Below are positions 53,522 through 64,000 of a stretch of DNA of 64,000 bases, in pieces; position 1 is the first letter of the stretch, and each line of letters opens with the position of its first letter. Below the pieces are notes generated by a model. It saw only the letters and a list, made by a program, of their open reading frames with translations. It had not been told where the DNA came from and did no database searches. Position numbers and translations under genes: made by a program. This DNA comes from the human T2T-CHM13v2.0 reference genome, Homo sapiens, in assembly GCF_009914755.1 (NCBI RefSeq), contig NC_060933.1, one strand, 5' to 3'.

Positions 53522-55943
53522 TCGATTGCAATGGAATGTAATGGAATGGAATGGAATTAACGGGAATAGAATGGAATGGAATGGAATGGAACGGAATGGA
53601 ATGGAATGGGATGGAATGGAATCAATCTGAGTGCAGGGGAATGGAATGGAATGGAATGCAATGGAATGGAATGGAATGGAATGGAATGCAATGGAATCAA
53701 CTCGATTGCAATTGGATGGAATGGAATGGAATGGAATGGAATGGAATGGAAGGGAATGGAATGGAATGGAATTAACCTGAACAGAATGGAAAGGAATGGA
53801 ATGGAATGGAACGGAATGGAATGGAATAGAATGGAATGGAATCAACCCGATTGCAATGGAATGGAGTGGAATGGAATGGAATGGAATGGAAACAACCCGA
53901 ATGGAATGGAATGTAATGGAGTGTAAGGGAATTGAATAGAATCAATACGAATGTAATGGAATGGAATGGAACGGAATGGAATGCAATGGAATGGAATGCA
54001 ATGCAATGGAATGGGATCAACCCGAGTGTAATGGAATGGAATCGAAAGGAATGGAATGGAATGGAATGGTTTCAACCCGAATGGAATGGAAAGGAATGGA
54101 ATCATCCTGAGTGGAATGGAATGGAATGGAATGGAATGGAATGGAATGGAATGGAATGGAATGAACCCGTGTGCAATGGAATGGAATCGAATGGAATGGA
54201 ATGGAATGGAATGGATTCAAGTCGAATGGAATGGAAAGGAATGGAATCAACCCGAGTGGAATGGCATGGAATGGAATGGAATGAAATGGAATGGAATGGA
54301 ATGGAATGGTACGGAATACAACGGAATGAAACGAAATGGAATGGAATGGAATGGAATGGAAAGGAATGGAATGGAATCAACCCGAGTGCAGGGGAATGGA
54401 ATGGAATGGAAGGCAATGGAATGCAATCATCCGGAATTGAATGGAATGGAATGGAATGGAATGGAATCAACTCGATTGCAATGGAATGTAATGGAATGGA
54501 ATGGAATGGAATTAACCCTAATAGAATGGAATGGAATGGAATGGAAGGGAATGGAATGGAATGGAATGGAATGGAATGAAATGGAATCAACTCGATTTCA
54601 ATGGAATGGAATGGAATGCAATGGAATGGAATGGAATGGAATGGAATGAAATTAACCCGAATAGAATGGAATGGAATGGAATGGAATGGAATGGAATGGA
54701 ATGGAATGGAATGGAATGGAATGGAATGGAATAGAGTGGAATGGAATGGAATGGAATAGAATGGAATCCACCCGAGTGCAGGGGAATGGAATGGAATGGA
54801 ATGCAATGGAATGGAATCATACGGAATGGAATGCAATGGAATGGAATGGAATCAACCTGATTGCAATGGAATGGAGTGGAATGGAATGGAATGGAATGGA
54901 AACAACCCGAATGGAATGGAATGGAATGGAGTGTAAGGGAAGTGAATAGAATCAATACGAATGTAATGGAATGGAATGGAACGGAATGGAATGCAATGGA
55001 ATGGAAAAGAATCCAATGGAATGGGTTCAACCCGAGTGCAATGGAATGGAATCGAAAGTAATGGAATGGAATGGAATGGATTCAACACGAATGGAATGGA
55101 AAGGAATGGAATCAACCCGAGTGCAGGGGAATGTAATGGAACGGAATGCAATGGAAAGGAATCATCCGGAATGGAATGGAATGGAATGGAATGGAATCAA
55201 CCCGAGTGCAATGGAATGGAGTGGAATGGAATGGAATGGAATGGAACAACCCGAATGGAATGGAATGTAATGTAGAGTAAGGGAGTTGAAAAGAATCAAT
55301 CCGAATGTAATGGAATGGAATGGAAAGGAATGGAATGGAATGGAATGGAATGGAATGGAATGCAATGGAATGGAATCAACCCGAGTACAATGGAATGGAA
55401 TGGAATGGAATGGAATGGAACGGAATGGAATGGAATGGAATGCAATGGAATGGAATCTTCCGGAATGGAAAGGAATGGAATGGAATGGAATGGAATGGAA
55501 TGCAATGGATTCAACTCGATTACAATGGAATGGAATAGAATGGAATGGAATGGAATGGAATGGAATTAAACCGAATAGAATGGAACGGAATGGAATGGAA
55601 CGGAACGGAATGGAACTGAACGGAACGGAACGGAGTGGAACGGAATGGAATGGAATTGTATGGAATGGAATGGAATGGTACGGAATAGAATGGAATGGAA
55701 TGAATTGGAATGGAATGGAATCGAATGGAATGGAATGGAATGGAATGGAATCAACCCGAGTGCAGGGGAATGTAATGGAACGGAATGCAATGGAATGGAA
55801 TCATCCGGAATGGAATGGAATGGAATGGAATGGAATGGAATGGAATCAACCCGAGTGCAATGGAATGGAGTGGAATGGAATGGAATGGAATGGAATAGAA
55901 TCAACTCGATTGGAATGGAATGGAATGGAATGGAATTAACCCG
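53522..55943 (+). repeat. Dispersed direct repeat, copy 2 (partner 1-2392)
   Basis: Same order of words and rare variants (TTAACGGG, CAAGTCGA, GGAAGTGAATAG, TGTAGAGTAAG, GGAACTGAACGG). Differs by a few substitutions and pentamer counts. Confidence 0.93.
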
Positions 55944-58900
55944 CATAGAATGGAATGGAATGGAATGGAACGGAACGGAACGGAACGGAATGAAATGGAA
56001 TGGAATGGAATGGAATGGAATGGAATCAACCCGACTGCAGGGGAATGGAATGGAATGGAAAGCAATGGAATGGATTCAACTTGAATGGAATGGAAAGAAT
56101 GGAATCAACACGAGTGGAATGCCATGGATTGGAATGGAATGGAATGGAATCAACCCGAGTACAGGGGAAAGGAATGGAATGGAATGCAATGGAATGGAAT
56201 CATCCGTAATGGAATGGAAAGGTATGGAATGGAATGGAATGGAATGGAATGGAATGGAATGGAATGGCATGGAATCAACTCGATTGCAATCGAATGGAAT
56301 GGAATGGAATTAACCCGAATAGAATGGAATGGAATGGAATGGAACGGAACGGAACGGAATGGAATGGAATGGAATGGAATGGAATGGAATGGAAAGGAAT
56401 GGAATGGAATGGAATGGAATGGAATGGAATGGAATGGAATGGAATGGAATCAACGTGAGTGCAGGGGAATGGAATGGAATGGAATGCAATGGAATGGAAT
56501 CTTCCGGAATGGAATGGAATGGAATGGAATGGAATGGAATCAACTCGATTGCAATCGAATGGAATGGAATGGAATTAACCCGAATAGAATGGAATGGAAT
56601 GGAATGGAACGGAACGGAATGGAATGGAATGGAATGGAATGGAATGGAACGGAAAGGAACGGAACGGAATGGAATGGAATGGAATGGAATGGAATGGAAT
56701 GGAATCAACGCGAGTGCAGGGGAATGGAATGGAATGGAATGCAATGGAATGGAATCTTCCGGAATGGAATGGAATGGAATGAAATGCAATGGATTCAACT
56801 CGATTGCAATGGAATGGAATAGAATGGAATGGAATGGAATGGAATGGAATGGAATGGAATGGAATTAACGCGAATAGAATGGAATGGAATGGAATGGAAC
56901 GGAATGGAACGGAATGGAATGGAATGGAATGCAATGGAATGATATGGAATGGAATGGAATGGTATGGAATAGAATGGAATGGAACGAATTGTAATGGAAC
57001 GGAATTGAATGGAATGGAATGGAATCAACGCGAGTTTAGGGGAATGTAATGGAACGGAATGCAATGGAATGGAATCATCCGTAATGGAATGGAATGGAAT
57101 GGAATGGAATGGAATCAACCCGAGAGCAATGGAATGGAGTGGAATGGAATGGAATGGAATGGAACAACCCGAATGGAATGGAATGTAATGGAGAGTAAGG
57201 GAGTTGAATAGAATCAATCCGAATGTAATGGAATGGAATGCAACGGAATGGAATGGAATGGAATGGAATGGAATGCAATGGAATGGAATCAACCCGAGTA
57301 CAATGAAATGGAATGGAATGGAATGGAATGGAATGGAATGGAATGGAACGGAATGGAATGGAATGCCTTCAAACCGAATGGAATGGAAAGGAATGGAATC
57401 AACACGAGTGGAATGGAATGGAATGGAAAGGAATGGAATGGAATGGAATGGTATGGAATAGAATGGAATGGAACAAAATGGAATGGAATGGAATGGAATG
57501 GAATGGAATGGAATGGAATGATACGGAATAGAATGGAATGGAACAAAATGGAATGGAATGGAATGGAATGGAATGGAATGGAATGGAATGGAATGGAATG
57601 GAATGGAATCAACCAGAGTGGAATGGAAGGGAATGGAATGGAATGGAAACTAATAGAATGGAATCAACCCGAGTGGAATGGAATGGAAAGGACTGGAATG
57701 GAAAGGAATGGAATGGAATGGAATGGAAAGGAATAGAATGGAATGGAATGCAATGGAATCGTTCCGAGTGGAATAGGAGGGAATGTATTCGAGTGGAATG
57801 GAAAGGAATGGAATCAACCAGAGTGGAATGGAAGGGAATGGAATGGAATGGAAAATAATAGAATGGAATCAACCCGAGTGGAATGGAATAGAAAGGACTG
57901 GAATGGAAAGGAATGGAATGGAATGGAATGGAATGGAATGGAATGGAATGGAATGGAATCAACGCGAGTGCAGGGGAATGGAATGGAATCGAATGGAATG
58001 GAATGGAATGGAATGGATTCAACCCGAGTGCAGGGGAATGTAATGAAACGGAATGCAATGGAAGGGATTCATCCGGAATGGAAAGGAATGGAATGGAATG
58101 GAATCAACCCGAGTGCAATGGAATGGAGTGGAATGGAATGGAATGGAATGGAACAACCCGAATGGAATGGAATGTAATGGAGATTAAGGGAGTTGAAAAG
58201 AATCAATCCGAATGTAATGGAATGGAATGGAACGGAATGGAATGGAATGGAATGGAATGGAATGGAATGGAATGGAATGCAATGTAATGGAAGCAACACG
58301 AGTACAATGGAATGGAATGGAATGGAATGGAATGGAATGGAATGGAATGGAATGGAATGGAATGCAATGCATTCATCTCGATTGCCATGGAATGGAATAG
58401 AATGGAATGGAATGGAATGGAATGGAATTAAACCGAATAGAATGGAATGGAATGGAATGGAATGGAATGGAATGGAATGGAATGGAATTAAACCGAATAG
58501 AATGGAATGGAATGGAATGGAATGGAATGGAATGGAACGGAAAGGAAGGGAATGGAATGGAATAGAATGGAATGGAATGGAATCAACGCGAGTGCAGGGG
58601 AATGGAATGGAATGGAATGCAATGGAATGGAATCTTCCGGAATGGAATGGAATGGAATGGAATGGAATGGAATGGAATGGAATTAACCCGAGTGCAATGG
58701 AATGGAGTGGAATGGAATGGAATGGAATGGAACAACCCGAATGGAGTGGAATGTAATGGAGAGTAAGGGAGTTGAATAGAATCAATCCGAATGTAATGGA
58801 ATGGAATGCAACGGAATGGAATTGAATGGAATGGAATGGAATGCAATGGAATGGAATCAACCCGAGTGCAATGGAATGGAGAGGAATGGAATGGAATGGA

Positions 58901-61900
58901 ATGGAAACTACCCGAATGGAATGGAATTGAATGTAATGGAGTGTAAGGGAATTGAATAGAATGAATCCGAATGTAATGGAATGGAATGGAACGGAATGGA
59001 ATGGAATGGAATGGAATGTAATGGAATGGAATGCAATGGAATGGAATCAACCCGAGTGCAATCGAATGGAATCGAATGGAATGGAATGCAATGGAATGGA
59101 TTCAACTTGAATGGAATGGAAAGAATGGACTCAACACGAGTGGAATGGCATGGATTGGAATGGAATGGAATGGAATCAACCCGAGTACAGGGGAATGGAA
59201 TGGAATGGAATGCAATGGAATGGAATCATCCGTAATGGAATGGAAAGGAATGGAATGGAATGGAATGGAATGGAATCAACTCGATTGTAATGGAATGGAA
59301 TGGAATGGAATGGAATGGAATGGAATGGAATGGAATTAACCCGAATACAATGCAATGGAATGGAATGGAACGGAATGGAGTGGAATGGAATGGAATGAAC
59401 CCGAGTGCAGGGGAATGGAATGGAATGGAATGCAATGGAAAGGAATCATCCGGAATGGAATGGAATGGAATGGAATGCAAAGCAATGGAATCAACTCGAT
59501 TGCAATGGAATGGAATGGAATGGAAAGGAATACATTGGAATCAACCCGAGTGGAAAGGAATGGAAAGGACTGAAATGGAGTGGAATGGAATGGAATGGAA
59601 TGGAATGGAATGGAATGGAATGGAATGGAATGGAATGCAATGGATTCAACTCGATTGCAATTGAATGGAATAGAATGGAATGGAATGGAATGGAATTAAA
59701 CCGAGTAGAATGGAATGGAATGGAATGGAACGGAACGGAATGGAACGGAACAGAACGGAGTGGAATGGAATGGAATTGTATGGAATGGAATGGCATGGTA
59801 CGGAATAGAATGGAATGGAAAGAATTGGAATGGAATGGAATCGAATGGAATGGAATGGAATGGAATCAACCCGAGTGCAGGGGAATGTAATGGAACGGAA
59901 TGCAATGGAATGGAATCATACGGAATGGAATGGAATGGAATGGAATGGAATGGAATGGAATGGAATCAACCTGAGTGCAATGGAATGGAGTGGAACGGAA
60001 TGAAATGGAATGGAACAACCCGAATGGAATGGAATGTAATGGAGAGTAAGGGAGTTGAATAGAATCCATCCGAATGTAATGGAATGGAACGTAATGGAAT
60101 GGAATGGAATGGAATGGAATGGAATGGAATGGAATGGAATGCAATGGAATGGAATCAATCATTCCGAGTGGAATGGAAGGGAATGTAATGGAGTGGAAAG
60201 AAGGGAATGGAATCAACCCGATTGGAATGCAAGGCAATGGAATGGAATGGAAAGGAATGGAATGGAATCAACTCGATTGCAATGGAATGGAATGGAATGG
60301 AATGGAATGGAATGGAATGGAATGGAATTAACCGGAATAGAATGGAATGCAATGGAATGGAACGGAATGGAATGGAATGGAAGGTAATGGAATCAACACG
60401 AGTGCAGGGTAATGGAATGGAATGGAATGGAATGCAATGGAATGGAATCATCCGGAATGGAATGGAATGGAATGGAATCAACTCCATTGCAACGGAATGG
60501 AATGGAATGGAATGGAATAGAATGGAATGGAATTAACCCGAATAGAATGGAATGCAATAGAATGGAATGGAACGGAACCGAATGGAGTGGAATGGAATGG
60601 AATGGAATCAACCTGAGTGCAGGGGAATGGAATGGAATGGAATGCAATGGAATGGAATCATCCGGAATGGAATGGAATGGAATGGAATGGAATCAAACCG
60701 AGTGCAATGGAATGGAGTGAAATGGAATGGAATGGAATGGAAACAACCAGAATGGATTGGAATAAAGTGGAGTGTAAGGGAATTGAATAGAATGAATCTG
60801 AATGTAATGAAATAGAATGGAACGGAATGGAATGGAATGGAATGGAATCGAATGGAATGGAATGCAATGGAATCAACCCGAGTGCAATGGAATGGATTCG
60901 AATGGAATGGAATGGAGTGGAATGGATTCAACCCGAATGGAATGGAAAGGAATGGAATCAACCCGAGTGGAATGGCATGGAATGGAATGGAATGGAATGG
61001 AATGGAATGGAATGGAATGGAATGGAATGGAATCGAATGGAATGGAATGGAATGGAATCAACCCGAGTGCAGGGGAATGGAATGGAATGGAATGCAATGG
61101 AATGGAATCATCCGGAATGGAATGGAATGGAATGGAATGCAAAGCAATGGAATCAGCTCGATTGCAATGGAATGGAATGGAATGGAAAGGAATACATTGG
61201 AATCAACCCGAGGGGAATGGAATGGAAAGGACTGGAATGGAGTGGAATGGAATGGAATGTAATGGAATGGAATGGAATGGAATCAACTTGATTGGAATGG
61301 AATGGAATGGAATGGAATGGAATGGAATGCAATGGAATGGAATCAACCCGAGTGCAATCGAATGGAATCGAAAGGAATGGAATGCAATGGAATGGATTCA
61401 ACTTGAATGGAAAGGAAAGAATGGAATCAACACGAGTGGAATGGCATGGATTGGAATGGAATGGAATGGAATCAACCCGAGTACAGGGGAATGGAATGGA
61501 ATGGAATGCAATGGAATGGAATCATCAGTAATGGAATGGAAAGGAATGGAAAGGACTGGAATGGAATGGCATGGATTGGAATGGAATGGAATGGAATCAA
61601 CCCGAGTACAGGGGAATGGAATGCAATGGAATGCAATGGAATGGAATCATCCGTAATGGAATGGAAAGGAATGGAATGGAATGCAATGGAATGGAATGGA
61701 ATGGAATGGAATGGAATGGAATGGAATCAACTCGATTGCAATCGAATGGAATGGAATGGAATTAACCCGAATAGACTGGAATGGAATGGAATGGAACGGA
61801 ACGTAATGGAATGGAATGGAATGGAATGGAATGGAATGGAATGGAACGGAACGGAATGGAATGGAATGGAATGGAATGGAATGGAATGGAATCAACGCGA

Positions 61901-64000
61901 GTGCAGGGGAATGGAATGGAATGGAATGCAAAGAAATGGAATCTTCCGGAATGGAATGGAATGGAATGGAATGGAATGAAATGCAATGGATTCAACTCGA
62001 TTGCAATGGAATGGAATAGAATGGAATGGAATGGAATGGAATGGAATTAATCCGAATAGAATGGAATGGAATGGAATGGAACAGAATGGAACGGAATGGA
62101 ATGGAATGGAATGGAATGGAATGGAATGGAATGGTATGGAATGGAACGGAATGCTACGGAATAGAATGGAATGGAAGGAATTGTAATGGAATGGAATTGA
62201 ATGGAATGGAATGGAATGGAATGGAATCAACCCGACTGCAGGGGAATGGAATGGAATGGAATGCAATGGAATGGATTCAACTTGAATGGAATGGAAAGAA
62301 TGGAATCAACACGAGTAGAATGGCATGGATTGGAATGGAATGGAATGGAATCAACCCGAGTACAGGGGAATGGAATGGAATGGAATGCAATGGAATGGAA
62401 TCATCCGTAATGGAATGGAAAGGAATGGAATTGAATGGAATGGAATGGAATGGAATGGAATGGAATCAACTCGATTGCAATCGAATGGAATGGAATGGAA
62501 TTAACCCGAATAGAATGGAATGGAATGGAATGGAATGGAACGGAACGGAATGGAATGGAATGGAATGGTATGGATTGGAACGGAAAGGAAGGGAATGGAA
62601 TGGAATAGAATGGAATGGAATGGAATCAACGCGAGTGCAGGGGAATGGAATGGAATGGAATGCAATGGAATGGAATCTTCCGGAATGGAATGGAATGGAA
62701 TGGAATGGAATGGAATCAACCCGAGTGCAATGGAATGGAGTGGAATGGAATGGAATGGAATGGAACAACCCGAATGGAATGGAATGTAATGGAGAATAAG
62801 GGAGTTGAATAGAATCAATCCGAATGTAATGGAATGGAATGGAACGGAATGGAATTGAATGGAATGGAACGGAATGCAATGGAATGGAATCAACCCGAGT
62901 GCAATGGAATGGAGAGGAATGGAATGGAATTGAATGGAAAATACCCGAATGGAATGGAATGTAATGGAGTGTAAGGGAATTGAATAGAATCAATCCGAAT
63001 GGAATGGAATGGAATGGAATGGAATGGAATGGAATGGAATAGAATGGAATGGAATGCAATGGAATGGAATCAACCCGAGTGCCATCGAATGGAATCGAAT
63101 GGAATGGAATGCAATGGAATGGATTCAACTTGAATGGAATGGAAAGAATGGAATCAACACGAGTGGAATGGCATGGATTGGAATGGAATGGAATGGAATC
63201 AACCCGAGTACAGGGGAATGGAATGGAATGGAATGCAATGGAATGGAATCATCCGTAATGGAATGGAAAGGAATGGAATGGAATGGAATGGAATGGAATC
63301 AACTCCATTGCAATCGAATGGAATGGAATGGAATTAACCCGAATAGAATGGAATGGAATGGAATGGAACGGAACGGAACGGAATGGAATGGAATGGAATG
63401 GAATGGAACGGAACGGAACGGAATGGAATGGAATGGAATGGAATGGAATCAACGCGAGTGCAGGGGAATGGAATGGAATGGAATGCAATGGAATGGAATC
63501 TTCCGGAATGGAATGGAATGGAATGGAATGGAATGGAATGGAATCAACTCGATTGCAATCGAATGGAATGGAATGGAATTAAACCGAATAGAATGGAATG
63601 GAATGGAATGGAACGGAACGTAATGGAATGGAATGGAATGGAATGGAATGGAATCAACTCGAGTGCAGGGGAATGGATTAGAATGGAATGCAATGGAATG
63701 GAATCTTCCGGAATGGAATGGAATGGAATGGAATGGAATGAAATGCAATGGGTTCAACTCGATTGCAATGGAATGGAATAGAATGGAGTGGAATGGAATG
63801 GAATGGAATTAATTCGAATAGAATGGAATGGAATGTAATGGAACGGAATGGAACGGAATGGAATGGAATGGAATGGAATAGTATGGAATGGAATGGAATG
63901 GTACGAAATAGAATGGAATGGAACGAATTGTAATGGAATGGAATTGAATGGAATGGAATGGAATGGAATGGAATCAACGCGAGTGCAGGGGAATGTAATG
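55122..64000 (+). repeat. Sub-family domain A, segment 2
   Basis: A words return after CAACCCGAGTG at ~55113-55123, the same transition as at ~1580. Confidence 0.75.
55452..55466 (+). promoter_or_regulatory. Perfect heat-shock element, first of 8 seen in block 3
   Basis: GGAATCTTCCGGAAT at 55452, 56496, 56751, 58629, 61938, 62672, 63495 and 63700. Confidence 0.6.

Larger units (their letters stand above)
44150..55121. repeat. Sub-family domain B, spanning junction 2
   Basis: GCACACGGGTTCA and CATGCCATTCCACTCGGG are frequent in 44400-51010, and their reverse complements in 51011-55120. The A words listed above are absent. Confidence 0.78.
1..64000. repeat. Human/hominid Satellite III (HSat3) array, (GGAAT)n with interspersed CAACCCGAGT-type variant words
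   Basis: GGAAT/ATTCC pentamers run from end to end. Recurrent words include CAACCCGAGTG, CAACTCGATTGCAA, TTAACCCGAATAGAA, TCATCCGGAA and TCTTCCGGAA. CAACCCGAGT is the established Sat III interspersed decamer. The dense CATTCGATTC pattern of HSat2 is not dominant. Confidence 0.97.
51011..64000 (+). repeat. HSat3 block 3, G-rich strand on +
   Basis: GGAAT orientation resumes at 51011 (AATGGAATGGAATGGAAACAACCCG) and continues to the window end. Confidence 0.97.

Noticed and set aside
30-63977. Hundreds of ORFs (MEWNG / IPFHS repeats) as protein-coding genes
   Set aside because: The pentamer has no stop codon in any frame. The ORFs overlap in all six frames, are low complexity and show no recognisable domain.
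1-64000. CRISPR-like repeat-spacer array
   Set aside because: The interspersed words recur many times rather than being unique spacers, run lengths vary, and there are no cas genes or leader.
1-64000. HSat2, DYZ1-like fixed unit, alpha satellite or telomeric repeat
   Set aside because: Pure GGAAT runs dominate and CATTCGATTC is rare. There is no constant kb-scale period, no 171-bp alphoid monomer and no TTAGGG tract.
1-64000. Definite assignment to human chr9q12 / HSat3B5
   Set aside because: CAACCCGAGT richness and strand switching are compatible, but other human or great-ape arrays cannot be excluded without k-mer classification or alignment to T2T assemblies.

Overview
The whole 64 kb is human-type Satellite III (HSat3) heterochromatin: (GGAAT)n/(ATTCC)n pentamer runs punctuated by a limited set of conserved 10-60 bp variant 'words', including the classic CAACCCGAGT. 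I found no genes, RNA genes, transposons or unique sequence, and the ORF track is an artefact of the stop-free pentamer. Structure is visible at four levels. (1) Two strand switches (5655/5656 and 51010/51011) enclose a 45.4 kb reverse-oriented block. They are not reciprocal ends of one inversion, and the first maps onto a native 14-bp palindrome. (2) Two sub-family domains, A and B, are arranged in mirror symmetry around the switches. (3) About 35 perfect heat-shock elements (GGAATCTTCCGGAAT) are confined to domain A. (4) There is a near-identical 2.4 kb direct repeat 53.5 kb apart, plus many local duplications and chimaeric modules. The species and chromosome (chr9q12-type array is a guess) cannot be fixed from the sequence alone. 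All counts and coordinates were read by eye.
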